64,000 bases of DNA from Desulfomicrobium sp. (GCA_040768745.1 JAXGMI010000002.1:64001-128000), one strand, 5' to 3'; positions 16,798 through 28,084 are shown, counted from the stretch's first letter. Notes: generated by a model not told the origin, from the sequence alone. Numbers and translations: made by a program.

Positions 16798-18143
16798 TGA
16801 ACACCCTGACCCCCAGAGAAATCGTGTCCGAGCTGGACAAATACATTGTCGGCCAGACCCAGGCCAAGCGCATGGTTGCCATCGCCCTGCGCAACCGCTG
16901 GCGCCGCCGCCAGCTGGATCCGGAACTGGCCGAGGAGATCGCGCCCAAGAACATCCTCATGATCGGACCCACAGGCGTGGGCAAGACCGAGATCGCCCGG
17001 CGGCTGGCCAAATTGGCCGGCTCACCCTTCATCAAGGTGGAGGCCACCAAGTTCACGGAAGTGGGCTATGTGGGCCGGGACGTGGAATCCATCGTCCGCG
17101 ACCTGATGGAGATCGGGGTCAACCTGGTCCGCCAGGAGGAGGAAGCCAGCGTGCGGATCAAGGCCGAGGCCTCGGCCGAGGAGCGCCTGCTGGACATCCT
17201 CCTGCCCACCAAACCCCTGGAGTCGGGCAGCATGGAGTACATCGGCCCCGAACCGGCCACGCCCGACACCACCCGCGAGAAACTGCGCCAGCTGTGGCGG
17301 GCGGGCAAGCTGGACGAACGCATGGTGGAGGTGGAGGTCAGCGCCTCCGGGGCCAACGTGCAGGTCATGAGCATCCCGGGCATGGAAGGCATGGAAATGC
17401 AGATGCAGGACATGTTTTCCAAGGTCTTTCCCAAGCGCAAGAAGACCAAGAAGGTGCGGGTCAGGAACGCCTACGAGATCCTTATCCAGTCCGAATGCGA
17501 GCGTCTCATCGACATGGACAAGGTGCACGAGACCGCCCGTGAGCGGGTGCAGGAGTCGGGCATCGTCTTTCTGGACGAGATCGACAAGATCTGCGGTGGG
17601 GGGGGCGGCAGCGGCAAGGCCGACGTGTCCCGCGAGGGCGTGCAGCGAGACCTGCTGCCCATTGTCGAGGGGTCCACGGTGGGCACCAAATACGGCATGG
17701 TCCGCACGGACCACATCCTGTTCATCGCTGCCGGGGCCTTCCATATGTCCAAGCCCTCGGACCTGGTGCCGGAGCTGCAGGGACGCTTCCCTTTGCGGGT
17801 GGAACTCTCGGCCCTGACCAGGGACGACTTCTACCGCATCCTGACCGAACCCCAGAACGCTCTGACCGTACAGTACAAGGCCCTTCTGGGCACGGAAAGC
17901 GTGGATATCGAGTACACGGACGAGGCCCTGAACGAGATCGCCCGCTTCGCCCAGAAGATCAACGAGGAGACCGAAAACATCGGGGCCAGAAGGCTGTACA
18001 CCATCATGGAAAAGATCGTCGCCGACCTGTCCTTCGAGGCGCCGGACATGGACGGCGCGACCGTGACCATCGACCGCGACTACGTGGCCAGGGCCCTGCA
18101 GGACGTGCAGGAGAACCGGGACCTGACGCGGTACATCCTGTAG
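16797..18143 (+). CDS. hslU: ATP-dependent protease ATPase subunit HslU
   Basis: [42 protein letters not shown]. Confidence 0.98.
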   Translation: MNTLTPREIVSELDKYIVGQTQAKRMVAIALRNRWRRRQLDPELAEEIAPKNILMIGPTGVGKTEIARRLAKLAGSPFIKVEATKFTEVGYVGRDVESIVRDLMEIGVNLVRQEEEASVRIKAEASAEERLLDILLPTKPLESGSMEYIGPEPATPDTTREKLRQLWRAGKLDERMVEVEVSASGANVQVMSIPGMEGMEMQMQDMFSKVFPKRKKTKKVRVRNAYEILIQSECERLIDMDKVHETARERVQESGIVFLDEIDKICGGGGGSGKADVSREGVQRDLLPIVEGSTVGTKYGMVRTDHILFIAAGAFHMSKPSDLVPELQGRFPLRVELSALTRDDFYRILTEPQNALTVQYKALLGTESVDIEYTDEALNEIARFAQKINEETENIGARRLYTIMEKIVADLSFEAPDMDGATVTIDRDYVARALQDVQENRDLTRYIL

Positions 18144-18417
18144 GGGCCGGAAAATCCGACCATTTCAGGACAGAGCCGAAGATGGATTTCACGCTGCGCC
18201 TGACATGGCCGCGTCGAAGACTCCCAGCGATGACGGGGAGTGCAATGCATCATTGCGCGCGCAGCGTGGCAATCCACCTTTTCCGCGGTCCGAACGCGGA
18301 CATCCGAATGGACCATGATCCCTGAATTATCCTTGAATTTTCACCCTCGCCTTGCCAAAGTACCCATCACGCCGTTATCCCGGCCCCTTTCCGCACCATC
18401 AAGCCCACGGGGGAATC

Positions 18418-19299
18418 ATGACCGACGACGCCCTTAAAGCCTCCATTCTGCTGGAGGCGCTGCCCTATATCCGAGAATTCTACGGCCAGACCATTGTCAT
18501 CAAGTACGGCGGCCACGCCATGAAGGACGAGTCACTGCGCCGCGGGTTCGCCCTCAACATCCAGCTGCTGCGCTACATCGGCGTCAACCCCGTCATTGTG
18601 CACGGCGGCGGGCCCCAGATCGGTATCATGCTCAAGCAGCTGGGCATCACCTCTGAATTCCGGCAGGGTCTGCGCGTGACCGACGACGCGACCATGGACG
18701 TGGTGGAGATGGTTCTGGTGGGCAAGGTCAACAAGGAGATCGTCAATCTGATCAATGTCCAGGGCGGCCGGGCCGTTGGCCTGTCGGGCAAGGACGGCGG
18801 GCTGATCCGGGCCCAGAAGCTGGAAATGGCCGTGGAGCGGGCAGACGCCCCGCCCGAGATCATCGACCTGGGCAAGGTGGGCGAGGTCGTGGCCGTGGAC
18901 ACCAAGCTCATCGATTCCCTGCAGCGGTCTGGATTCGTGCCGGTCATCGCCCCCGTGGGCGTGGACGAGGAGGGCAATACCTACAACATCAACGCCGATT
19001 CCGTGGCCAGCGCCGTGGCCGTGGCCGTGGGCGCCAAGAAGCTGATCCTGCTGACCGACGTGTCCGGGGTGCTGGACAAGGAGGGCAGGCTCATCTCCTC
19101 CATGACCATGCATCAGGCCATCCACGCCTTGGAGCGAGGGGTGGTCACGGGCGGGATGATCCCCAAGATCAAGTGCTGCCTGGAGGCCGTGGACGGCGGC
19201 GTGGGTAAGGCCCACATCCTGGACGGCCGGGTGGAGAACGTCATCCTCCTGGAGATGTTCACCCAGGGAGGGATCGGTTCGGAAATCGTGAACAGGTAG
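18418..19299 (+). CDS. argB: Acetylglutamate kinase
   Basis: [34 protein letters not shown]. Confidence 0.97.
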   Translation: MTDDALKASILLEALPYIREFYGQTIVIKYGGHAMKDESLRRGFALNIQLLRYIGVNPVIVHGGGPQIGIMLKQLGITSEFRQGLRVTDDATMDVVEMVLVGKVNKEIVNLINVQGGRAVGLSGKDGGLIRAQKLEMAVERADAPPEIIDLGKVGEVVAVDTKLIDSLQRSGFVPVIAPVGVDEEGNTYNINADSVASAVAVAVGAKKLILLTDVSGVLDKEGRLISSMTMHQAIHALERGVVTGGMIPKIKCCLEAVDGGVGKAHILDGRVENVILLEMFTQGGIGSEIVNR

Positions 19300-19326
19300 G
19301 GCCGCAGCCCCCATACCGATAATCGT

Positions 19327-19358
19327 ACCCGGCAGGCGCGTCCTGCCGGGTATTTTTT
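19327..19358 (+). terminator. argB terminator
   Basis: ACCCGGCAGG/CCTGCCGGGT stem + T7. Confidence 0.8.
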
Positions 19359-19710
19359 GTGCGCCGGGCATGGCGCTTCAGTTATGGGTTGGCAGCCTCC
19401 TGCGGGTCGAGACGTGCGGAACCACGAGTCGCGGGGGCAACTGCGTTACCGCGAGGTGTGGCGGGAAGGAAGCCCGAGACAAGACCTTTGCTTTGATCCA
19501 GGACCATGCGGCCGATCTGTCCGCACTTGGGCCAGCGTACCCCGGACTCGGAGCCGTCGCACTGCACGCAACACACGCCATGGCAGGAGATGTACCGATG
19601 CAGGACGGGATGGGGTATTTCCTTGCCGCAGCTTGGGCCTGTCCCTTTCTGTTCTTCCATGGTCGGCGTCTGCTGTTGGTCGGGGACGGTGGAACGGCTT
19701 CCTTCCATGG

Positions 19711-20032
19711 GCAGAGCGCGGGCCGGTCCATCATGGAGGCCACCATCCAGGCCGGCGAACAGCGCCTGCGGCCCATCATCATGACCTCCCTGGCCTTCGC
19801 CTTCGGCGTGCTGCCCCTGGCCATGGCCAGGGGCGCCGGGGCCAATGCCCGCCACTCCATCGGTACGGGCATCATCGGCGGCATGATCGGCGAGACCACG
19901 CTGGCCATGCTCTACGTGCCGCTGCTGTTCTACCTCTTCGACCGCTTCGCCGAACGCTCCGAGGCCGGGTGGACGACCGCTGCGACGGCCCCCGACGCGG
20001 CCGACGCGCAGGACCAGACGGAGGTGCAGTGA
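19711..20032 (+). pseudogene. C-terminal fragment of RND (AcrB-type) efflux permease
   Basis: RLRPIIMTSLAFAFGVLPLAMARGAGA...IGTGIIGGM; the rest of the ~1000-aa gene is absent. Confidence 0.85.
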
Positions 20033-20033
20033 C

Positions 20034-20192
20034 ATGCGCGCCCTGGCGACCCTCGCCCTGATGCTCCTCGTGGCTGGCTGCACGGCCGGCCCGGATTACG
20101 TCCGCCCCGTCCTGGACGTGCCGCAGGCCTTCGTCAGGAAGGATGTCGCCCCGGCTGTTACGTACGGTGGTGGGGGAGGACGGCTGGCGTGA
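20034..20192 (+). pseudogene. N-terminal fragment of OprM/NodT outer-membrane efflux lipoprotein
   Basis: MRALATLALMLLVAGCTAGPDYVRP lipobox, then stop after 52 aa. Confidence 0.75.
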
Positions 20193-20224
20193 CCCCGCCT
20201 CCTACCCGATATTGATGCCCGGAG

Positions 20225-21340
20225 CTAGTTGAGCATGGCCTGCACGACATGGACGTTGCTGAGCACGTCACGGACCAGGCCGGGGCTGAGGAGGATTTGG
20301 CGGGCTTCGGCCTTGGAAATGATTTCCCGGTAGCTGGGGTCGAACTGGTCGAGCCGCCTCACATCGTCCAGCAGCGTGCCATCGGGAGAAACGAGCTTGG
20401 CGACCTGGTTGGCCAGGAAGAGGATGCACAGATTTTTGGCGTGCTCTGCACTGCACTCCAACTGTGTGACGGGGAGCAGGGCAGGGAGATGGTGATCGAG
20501 AACCAGGGCGTGGAGCTGATCAGGGATGATGCCCGACCTGGCCATGATCTGGGCGGCCTGCAGATGGGTGACAGCCAAACGTTCGAATTCGCGGCCCAGG
20601 CACTGCGGATACGCTTCCGTCTCGTCCGGATTCCTGATCAGGAGGATGAGCACGAGCTTGCCGATGTCGTGCATGAGTCCCGCCGTGTACAGAGCGCCGC
20701 TGTCCATGTCCCGGCTGGCCCTGGCCATGAAGGAAGCCGTGATGGCCGTGGAGTTCATGTGCTGCCAGATGGATTTGAACATGGCCTGCTGGCCGGGGTT
20801 CTTGAACAGGCCGTAGGGCACGGTGCCGAAGGCGATCAGGTTCTTGAGGTGGGTCAGGCCAAGGATGTTCACTCCGGTGTGAATGGATTTGACAGGGATG
20901 GCGGTGCGGAAAAACGGGGAATTGACCGTCTTCAGCACGCGGGCCGAAAGAACAGGATCCCTGGTGACGATGTTGCCCAGTTCTTTCATGCTGATGCCGG
21001 GGTCGCCCATGATGGACAGCTGGGAGTGCAGCGTGCCCACTTTTCTGAAGGCATTGACCAGATCGGTGATGGCCGCAGTGACCAGGGCCGGCGGAGTGGC
21101 GAAGACATGGGTCATCTGCTGGTCCGTTGTGGAAGGGGATCCGCCATAGATGTGTTCCAGGGCGGAGAGCAGCACCGCCTCCCATTCTGAAAGGACCTTG
21201 GTGGGGTTGTCGGCCAGATCGATTTTAACTGGGTTGCGGTCCTCGCCCACAAGGGATTCCAGTTTGGGTTTTCTGGACGCAATCCAGCAGATGCCCACGA
21301 GGCAGGCCAGAAAGGCGATGAGTGCAAGAATGGAGGACAC
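20225..21340 (-). CDS. Membrane-anchored HDOD domain protein
   Basis: N-terminal TM; DPVLSARVLKTVNSPFF, AGLMHDIGKL, DHH. Confidence 0.9.
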   Translation of the reverse strand: MSSILALIAFLACLVGICWIASRKPKLESLVGEDRNPVKIDLADNPTKVLSEWEAVLLSALEHIYGGSPSTTDQQMTHVFATPPALVTAAITDLVNAFRKVGTLHSQLSIMGDPGISMKELGNIVTRDPVLSARVLKTVNSPFFRTAIPVKSIHTGVNILGLTHLKNLIAFGTVPYGLFKNPGQQAMFKSIWQHMNSTAITASFMARASRDMDSGALYTAGLMHDIGKLVLILLIRNPDETEAYPQCLGREFERLAVTHLQAAQIMARSGIIPDQLHALVLDHHLPALLPVTQLECSAEHAKNLCILFLANQVAKLVSPDGTLLDDVRRLDQFDPSYREIISKAEARQILLSPGLVRDVLSNVHVVQAMLN

Positions 21341-21437
21341 GGCGACCTCACGCTGAGCGAACTGCGTTGGAACAGTTGTTGGGAGGCAAAGCAGAACGCA
21401 TGAAAACTTCTGGAGATGTTTTCATGCGTTCAACTGT

Positions 21438-22889
21438 TTACAGCCCTGCGTTGTCCACCAGTTCCATGGCCCGGGCCGCATGGACTTCGTCCAGGCGCTG
21501 GACCGGAAGGTTGCGCGGGGCCTCAAGAATGGACTGGGGGTCGCTCTCCACCCGTTCCAGGATCTCGATCAGATCGTCCACGAACTGGTCCAGGGTTTCC
21601 TTGCTTTCGGTTTCTGTGGGCTCGAACATCAGGCATTCCTTGACAATGAGGGGGAAGTAGATGGTCGGCGCGTAGTGCCCTTTCTCCAGCAGGGCCTTGG
21701 CGATGTCCAGGGCGCGTACGCCTTGGTGGACCTGGCGCACGGCCGAGGCCACGAACTCGTGCATGCAGATGCGGTCGTGGGGGATTTCCAGATGGTTTTG
21801 CAGCCGCTTGCGCAGATAGTTGGCGGCCAGCACGGCGTTTTCCGAGGCCCGGACAATGCCTTCCCTGCCCAGGCGCAGGATGTAGGCATAGGCCTTGAGG
21901 ATGACTCCAAAATTGCCGTAAAAGGGGGCGATGTAGCCGATGGACTTGGGATAGTCGTAGTCCAGGAAGTACTGGCCGTCCTCCAGTTTGACCACCCGGG
22001 AAATGGGCAGGTACTCCACCAGGCGCTGGCTGACCCCGACCGGTCCGGCCCCGGGCCCGCCGCCCCCGTGGGGGGTGGCGAAGGTCTTGTGCAGGTTCAG
22101 GTGCACGACATCGAAGCCCACGTCGCCCACCCGCATCTTGCCCATGATGGCATTCAGGTTGGCGCCGTCGTAGTAGAGCAGGCCGTCCACGCTGTGCACC
22201 AGTTCGACAATGCGCTGCAGGTTGCATTCGAACAGGCCCAGTGTGTTGGGGCAGGTCATCATGACCCCGGCCACTTTGTCATCCAGGACTTTTTCCAGCT
22301 CGTCGGGGTCGATCATGCCGTTTTTGGATTCGATGGACACCACTTCGTAGCCGGCGATGGCTGCCGAGGCCGGATTGGTGCCGTGGGCCGAATCGGGCAC
22401 GATGATCTTGGTCTTGGTGTTGCCCTTGTCGTGGTGGTAGGCGGCCATGAGCATGACGCCCGTCAGCTCGCCGTGGGCCCCGGCCATGGGCTGCAAGGTG
22501 AACGCGTGCATGCCGGTGATCTCGGCCAGGAGCTGCTCGGTTTCATACAGGATCTCGAGTGCGCCCTGGGTCAGATATCCGGCGCCCTTGAGCTGCGGGA
22601 TGAGGGGGTGCAGGCTGGTGAACCCCGGGTGAGAGGCGATGACCTCGGTGAATTTGGGGTTGTACTTCATGGTGCACGACCCCAACGGATAAAAGTTGCT
22701 GTCCACGCTGTAGTTCAGGCGCGAGAGTCTGGTGAAATGGCGGATGACATCGATCTCGGACAGTTCGGGCAGCTTCGGGGCGGTGTCCCGCAACAGGTGG
22801 GCCGGAATGTCCGCCGCCGTGTTTCCCCTGGGTGCCTTGGGCCATACGCCGGTTCTGCCAGCGGAGGAATTGGAGAAAAGGGTTTTCAC
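21438..22889 (-). CDS. gcvPB: Glycine dehydrogenase (decarboxylating) subunit 2
   Basis: YPLGSCTMKYNPK, SAHGTNPASA, HLNLHKTFATPHGGGGPG; GTG start at 22889. Confidence 0.96.
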   Translation of the reverse strand: MKTLFSNSSAGRTGVWPKAPRGNTAADIPAHLLRDTAPKLPELSEIDVIRHFTRLSRLNYSVDSNFYPLGSCTMKYNPKFTEVIASHPGFTSLHPLIPQLKGAGYLTQGALEILYETEQLLAEITGMHAFTLQPMAGAHGELTGVMLMAAYHHDKGNTKTKIIVPDSAHGTNPASAAIAGYEVVSIESKNGMIDPDELEKVLDDKVAGVMMTCPNTLGLFECNLQRIVELVHSVDGLLYYDGANLNAIMGKMRVGDVGFDVVHLNLHKTFATPHGGGGPGAGPVGVSQRLVEYLPISRVVKLEDGQYFLDYDYPKSIGYIAPFYGNFGVILKAYAYILRLGREGIVRASENAVLAANYLRKRLQNHLEIPHDRICMHEFVASAVRQVHQGVRALDIAKALLEKGHYAPTIYFPLIVKECLMFEPTETESKETLDQFVDDLIEILERVESDPQSILEAPRNLPVQRLDEVHAARAMELVDNAGL

Positions 22890-24214
22890 AGCGCACCTCC
22901 GATGATCTCGGCCAGGATGCCGACGCTCTGCTTGGTTGTTTTTTCGGTGCAGGCCACCAGGAGATGGTTGTCCATGCCCTGATAGTACCGGCCCAGGGGA
23001 AATCCGGGCACGAATTTTTTGTCCAGGAGCTGGCCGATGATCTCGTAGGCGCGCACTGGCAATTGCACGGTGAATTCGTTTCCGAAGGGCTGGTTGACGA
23101 CGCGCACTCCGGGCAGCCTCTCCAGTCGGTTGGCTGCGTAATGGGCGCGTTCGATGCTCAGCTGGGCTGTTTTCTTCAGGCCCTGGGGCCCCAGCAGGCT
23201 GACGTACATGAGGGCGCGCAGGGCGCACAGGGCCTGGTTGGAGCAGATGTTCGAGGTGGCCTTTTCGCGGCGGATGTGCTGCTCCCTGGCCTGCAGGGTC
23301 AGGACATACCCGGTTCTGCCGTTCTTGTCCGTGGTCCGGCCCACGATGCGCCCGGGCATCTGGCGGATGAGCTGTTTGGAGCAGGTCATGATGCCCAGGT
23401 AGGGACCGCCGAAGCTCAAGGGCAGCCCCAGGCTCTGGCCTTCGGCCACGGCGATGTCCGCACCCATCTGGCCAGGCGTCTTGAGTACCGTCTGCAGAAC
23501 CGGATACACCGACATGATGGAGACAATCTTGTGTTCCCGGGCTGTGGAGAACAGGGCGCTGAAATCCTGGATCGTGCCGAAGAAATTGGGGTTCTGCACG
23601 ATGACGGCCGCTGTCTGGTCGTCGAGGGCGGCCGTGAGGGCGTCCACGTCGGTGTCACAATTCTTGTGCGGGATGGTCACCAGATCGAGCTTCAGGTTGG
23701 TGGTGTAGCTGTCGAGCATGACCCGATAGATGGGGTTGACGCTCTCGGAGATGACAATGCGGGTCCGCTTGGTGTGCCGCACGGCCATCATGATGGCCTC
23801 GTACAGTGCCGTGCCTCCGTCGTACAGGGATGCGTTGGCGTACTGCATGTCCAGCAGGCGGGCCATGGCGGTCTGGTACTCGAAGATGGCCTGCAGCATG
23901 CCCTGGGAGGCCTCGGCCTGATAGGGCGTGTAGGCCGTGTAGAATTCTCCCCTGGAGCACAGGGCGTCAACGGCGCTGGGGATATAGTGGTCGTAGAAGC
24001 CCGCACCCAGGAAGGAAACCAGATCCGTGTGGTTCTTGGCGGCCGTCTTGTCGAGCTTCTGGCGGACGTCCATTTCGCTCAGCCCAGCGGGCAGGTTCAG
24101 TTCCCTGGCCCGGAAGGCGGTGGGGATGTCCTCGAACAGCGCTTCGATGTCCGGGACGCCGACGGCGTCCAGCATTTCCCGCTGTTCTGCCGGAGTGTGG
24201 GGGATGAAGGGCAT
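22886..24214 (-). CDS. gcvPA: Glycine dehydrogenase (decarboxylating) subunit 1
   Basis: FYTAYTPYQAEASQG, NASLYDGGTA, REQHIRREKATSNICSNQ. Confidence 0.97.
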   Translation of the reverse strand: MPFIPHTPAEQREMLDAVGVPDIEALFEDIPTAFRARELNLPAGLSEMDVRQKLDKTAAKNHTDLVSFLGAGFYDHYIPSAVDALCSRGEFYTAYTPYQAEASQGMLQAIFEYQTAMARLLDMQYANASLYDGGTALYEAIMMAVRHTKRTRIVISESVNPIYRVMLDSYTTNLKLDLVTIPHKNCDTDVDALTAALDDQTAAVIVQNPNFFGTIQDFSALFSTAREHKIVSIMSVYPVLQTVLKTPGQMGADIAVAEGQSLGLPLSFGGPYLGIMTCSKQLIRQMPGRIVGRTTDKNGRTGYVLTLQAREQHIRREKATSNICSNQALCALRALMYVSLLGPQGLKKTAQLSIERAHYAANRLERLPGVRVVNQPFGNEFTVQLPVRAYEIIGQLLDKKFVPGFPLGRYYQGMDNHLLVACTEKTTKQSVGILAEIIGGAL

Positions 24215-24235
24215 GCTGCCTCCAGATTGTTTGTT

Positions 24236-24616
24236 CTAGTGGGCTTCGGCGGCGCAGAGCGCGGCGTAGGCGTGGGCATCGAGAAGACCGGCTGGTGCGG
24301 CGGAGAGCCTGATCTTGAACATCCACCCCGCGCCAAATGCGTCCTTGTTGACCAACTCCGGTGCACTTTCCAGGGCAGTGTTGACCTCGATGACCTCTCC
24401 GCTGACCGGCGCATAGATTTCGCTGGCCGCCTTGACCGACTCCACGCTGCCGATTTCCGTTCCGGCCTGGGCTGCTGCTCCGGGCTGGGGAAGTTCCACA
24501 AATGTCAGGTCGCCGAGCTGTTCCTGGGCATAATGGGTGATGCCGCATACGGCCATGTCGCCTTCTATTCTGACCCATTCGTGCGATTTGGCATAGAGAA
24601 GATCTGTTGGGTTCAT
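24236..24616 (-). CDS. gcvH: Glycine cleavage system H protein
   Basis: [17 protein letters not shown], lipoyl site [13 protein letters not shown]. Confidence 0.97.
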   Translation of the reverse strand: MNPTDLLYAKSHEWVRIEGDMAVCGITHYAQEQLGDLTFVELPQPGAAAQAGTEIGSVESVKAASEIYAPVSGEVIEVNTALESAPELVNKDAFGAGWMFKIRLSAAPAGLLDAHAYAALCAAEAH

Positions 24617-24770
24617 GACGTCCTCCGTCTGAAATTTTGGTGGATAGGGCAGGTTTTTTCTGCCGCTTGAGTTTGGGCTGACATAAATATAATGACATGA
24701 AAGCGCAATGAAAGAGATGCGCTGGCCTGGAGATGGAAGATGCATCCTTGGGAATGCTCGAGGAGGAAGG

Positions 24771-25310
24771 ATGAAATTGCTGAGCTTCTGTGTTGTTGCA
24801 GTGGCGGCTTCCATGATGTGGACGCCGGTCTGGTCTGCCGGCCTGACCGGGGCCCAGGTCAAGGGTTTTGTGCATGTCATGCAGGAGTTGAAGCCCCTCT
24901 TCGACAAATACGCCGACGAAATCGGCGACGACGGGGATGCGATGAGCACGGCGCACATTGTCAGGGATTGGGCCGGAGGGTTGCAGGGACAGACTGAGGC
25001 CGAAGGCGTGCTGCGCAGGTACAGCTTCGATTCCACGAGCTGGTCCGCTGTTTCCCAGCAGGTGACAGAGGCCTACATGGCGCTCAAGTTCGGTAAAGAC
25101 GGCCAGGACATTTCCGCTCAACTGCAGGATGCCCTGCGCGCCATCGAGGACAGTTCTGATTTTCCGGCGGAAGACAAGGAACAGATGGTCGCCCGGATGA
25201 AGCAGAGCATCGAGGAGTTTGAACGAATCCGCAATGTCCCACAGGCGGATCAGGATGCGGTGCAGCCGTATCTTACGAATCTGGATACGATCTTCGACTG
25301 GCAGGAGTGA
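24771..25310 (+). CDS. Exported hypothetical protein
   Basis: Signal peptide [13 protein letters not shown]...VWSA; GAGGA SD. Confidence 0.75.
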   Translation: MKLLSFCVVAVAASMMWTPVWSAGLTGAQVKGFVHVMQELKPLFDKYADEIGDDGDAMSTAHIVRDWAGGLQGQTEAEGVLRRYSFDSTSWSAVSQQVTEAYMALKFGKDGQDISAQLQDALRAIEDSSDFPAEDKEQMVARMKQSIEEFERIRNVPQADQDAVQPYLTNLDTIFDWQE

Positions 25311-26419
25311 GCCCCGGACGAAGATTTTCCTCAGCCATGCCGCCCCAGGGCGGCATCGCTGTTTACGGAGGCGGCGTGTTCCACAGAAGAGTTGCCTGTG
25401 TCTGCTGCGTGGTGTGCGCCTGTCTGTTTTTCCCGTCCCTCGGGGCGATGGCCGGGTTCGGATCGGAGAGCCTGCTGCGTTCCCTGTGGACGCAAGGGGA
25501 GCTGGCCGGCAATCCGGCCGATCATGTGGTGACCAGACCCTATGCAAACCCTGCCGATCTTTCGCCGCCAGCCCGCACGGGACCTCTCATTCAGCTCGAC
25601 CCCACGTCCGAGGGACTGCGCGGGGTCATCCGCAGGGTGCGCATTGCCAATGACGCAAAGGTCCTGGCCCTGACCTTCGACCTGTGTGAGCGGGCCAGCA
25701 ACCGCACGGGCTACCGCACCGAGATCGTCAACTGTCTGCGAGAGAAGGGCGTGGCGGCCACTTTTTTCGCCGGTGGCAAGTGGATGCGCTCGCACCCGAA
25801 GCAGACCATGCAGCTCATGGCCGATCCGCTCTTCGAACTGGGCAATCACTCCTGGACCCACGCCAACCTGGCTCTGACCGACGGGACCGAGACCCGCGAC
25901 CAGGTGCTCTGGACCCAGGCCCAGTACGAGTTGCTGCGCGAGGAACTGGCGCGCCGGGCCCAGGCGCGAGGCCTGGAGGCGGAGATGGCGGCGGTGCCGA
26001 TGTCCATGTCGGTCTTCCGGTTGCCTTACGGCCGCAACGCCCCGGAAACCCTCCAGCGCCTGGCGGCCATGGGGTTGCCCGTGGTGCAGTGGGACGTCCT
26101 GGGCGAGGCTGGGGCCGGATCCGCGAGGAACATGGCCCTGCGTGCGGCGGGCGAGGTGAGGTCCGGATCCATTGTGCTCATGCACGCCAACGCCGTTCCG
26201 CGCCACACCCACGACATTGTTCCGCTCTTCGTGGACGAACTGTTGCATCGTGGCTGGCGATTCGTGACCGTGAGCGACCTCCTGGCCATGGGCAAGCCCG
26301 AGACGGTCCAGGACGGATACTTCGAGCGCCCCGGAGACAACCGGCAGTTCGACACGGGCTATCCGGGCAAGGGCACCCTGCACCCGGACCCGCAGGCGGC
26401 GGCCAGGACTGGAAAATAA
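25307..26419 (+). CDS. Polysaccharide deacetylase (NodB/CE4) family, probably exported; start uncertain
   Basis: LALTFD, ATFF, GNHSWTH, FRLPYG, GSIVLMH, GWRFVTVS. Confidence 0.9.
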   Translation: MSPGRRFSSAMPPQGGIAVYGGGVFHRRVACVCCVVCACLFFPSLGAMAGFGSESLLRSLWTQGELAGNPADHVVTRPYANPADLSPPARTGPLIQLDPTSEGLRGVIRRVRIANDAKVLALTFDLCERASNRTGYRTEIVNCLREKGVAATFFAGGKWMRSHPKQTMQLMADPLFELGNHSWTHANLALTDGTETRDQVLWTQAQYELLREELARRAQARGLEAEMAAVPMSMSVFRLPYGRNAPETLQRLAAMGLPVVQWDVLGEAGAGSARNMALRAAGEVRSGSIVLMHANAVPRHTHDIVPLFVDELLHRGWRFVTVSDLLAMGKPETVQDGYFERPGDNRQFDTGYPGKGTLHPDPQAAARTGK

Positions 26420-26658
26420 CGGCTGGACCGCTCTCTTTTCGCGTCGCGGAAAACATCCGGCTGCGGCCCGAAACCTGCCCGTGATCCCCTGCGCGACCTC
26501 CGGAAGCCCCCTGCGTCCTCAAATCCATTGCCCCCGACTCTTGTCCGATCAAATCCAGTGGCAGCCAGGCCGTGTCTCGTCGCCGTTCCGGCGGGAAGGC
26601 CTCTTGCCCGGGCCCGACAAGAGCCGGGTGTACGGGTCGGGGACGGCCAGGGGGGTGT

Positions 26659-27087
26659 TCAGGACAACCGTTTCATGCGGATCGCCAGGGCGCGGCCCAG
26701 GCTGACCAAGCCCAGGAGCATGACAAAGCCCAGGTGCCCCCAGTCCACGAGCACGACGAAAGTCGGGGAGAAGAAGGCGTCGGGCTGGTTTTTCATGACC
26801 CGCACGAGGCCCGTGCTCACCACGCCGGCCCAGGTCAGGGCCAGTAGAATGCCGCCGGCGTTCCAAGTCCTGCGCATAGCCAGGGGCAGCCGCCAGCCCA
26901 GGAAGACCAGCAGCACGGCGGCCAGTCCGTAGTGCAGAACGTGGTTCAGGTAGTAGTCGGCGGTCCAGGCGAAGCCGGGCACATCGGCCAGGTAGTAGCG
27001 CGCGAAGATGGGCATCTGCGCGAAGCCCGTGAAGAGCAGGGCGAAGACGGTCAGTCGGAAGACGATGTCGAGAACTCGCTTATTCAT
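26659..27087 (-). CDS. Small membrane subunit (cytochrome-b-like) partnering the Fe-S protein
   Basis: Four hydrophobic segments, TGFAQMP, His residues (HVLH, WGH); overlaps upstream gene. Confidence 0.75.
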   Translation of the reverse strand: MNKRVLDIVFRLTVFALLFTGFAQMPIFARYYLADVPGFAWTADYYLNHVLHYGLAAVLLVFLGWRLPLAMRRTWNAGGILLALTWAGVVSTGLVRVMKNQPDAFFSPTFVVLVDWGHLGFVMLLGLVSLGRALAIRMKRLS

Positions 27088-28042
27088 TTTTTCCCTCCGA
27101 GGTCGCGCCACGGATCAGATGCAGGGCCCCGGCCATCAATCCGGCCAGAGGCGCGGCATAGACAGCGCGGGCCAGGACGTCTTCCGCGGTGAAGGGGTCC
27201 GCCACGGCGGCCAGGTGCGGCCTTCCAGGACCCTTCTCGATGGACTGGTTCAGGACGTCGAATGGCACGGGCGAGACGTAGAAGGTGTTGGTCCCGCCGT
27301 TCTCCGTGTCGCCGTAGAGAAATCCGCCGCTCTCCTCGGCCAGCTTCCTGGCCTGGGCAAGGATTTCATCCCTGGGTCCGATGGTCTGCACTCCCTCGGG
27401 GCAGGCCTCGATGCAGGCGGGCGTGCCGCCGGCAACCACGCGGTCCTGGCAGCGGTCGCACTTGAACATGACGCCGTTGCCCGCGAAGCTGGGGGCGAGC
27501 TTCAGGTACAGGCCCACGCCTGTCTGGCGCTCGGGGATGTGCCAGGGGCAGACGTCCTTGCACTTGGAGCCGCCCAGGCAGATCTCGTCGTCTATGGCCA
27601 CGATGCCGCGCCCGTCCTTTGACGCCGCGCCCCAGGGGCAGAGGTTGGCGCAGGGCGGGTTCTGGCAGTGCAGGCAGCGCCGCGGGATGTTCAGCTCGAA
27701 GGGCTTGCCGTCGTATGTCCCCGAGGCCGTCTGGATGTAGAGCCAGTTGTAGGGCGTCAGACGGTCGTCCACATGGCGCTTGTCGCTCCAGTCCGCAGCC
27801 TTGACCCTGGACGGGTACATTTTCGGGAACGGTTTGACGGGCTCGGGGTATTTGCGGGCGTTGGCCTCGCGGCAGGCCTGCACGCAGGCCCCGCAGGCGA
27901 TGCATTTTGACAGGTCCAGCAGGGTGGCCAGGACGACCTCCTCGGCGCCGTCACTCTGGGCGCGTGCCTTCGCCGGGCCCGCAACAGTCCCCGCGGCAAC
28001 GGCAAGGCCGGAGGCGAGGAAGGATCTGCGGTTGATTTTCAT
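27080..28042 (-). CDS. Tat-exported 4Fe-4S dicluster protein (DmsB/HybA/FdnH-like)
   Basis: NRRSFL Tat motif; CIACGAC..AC, CLHC..PPC..LCP, CLG...C..VCP, KCDRC...PAC..ACP. Confidence 0.92.
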   Translation of the reverse strand: MKINRRSFLASGLAVAAGTVAGPAKARAQSDGAEEVVLATLLDLSKCIACGACVQACREANARKYPEPVKPFPKMYPSRVKAADWSDKRHVDDRLTPYNWLYIQTASGTYDGKPFELNIPRRCLHCQNPPCANLCPWGAASKDGRGIVAIDDEICLGGSKCKDVCPWHIPERQTGVGLYLKLAPSFAGNGVMFKCDRCQDRVVAGGTPACIEACPEGVQTIGPRDEILAQARKLAEESGGFLYGDTENGGTNTFYVSPVPFDVLNQSIEKGPGRPHLAAVADPFTAEDVLARAVYAAPLAGLMAGALHLIRGATSEGKNE

Positions 28043-28084
28043 GCGTTTCTCCAAAATATTCTGTGTGCGATGTTCAAAGGCATA

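Noticed and set aside
19370..20032. 220-aa ORF as an intact gene
   Set aside because: Chimeric frame: only the last ~105 aa are AcrB-like
24617..24770. Glycine riboswitch upstream of gcvH
   Set aside because: Short divergent intergenic region; no recognisable aptamer consensus
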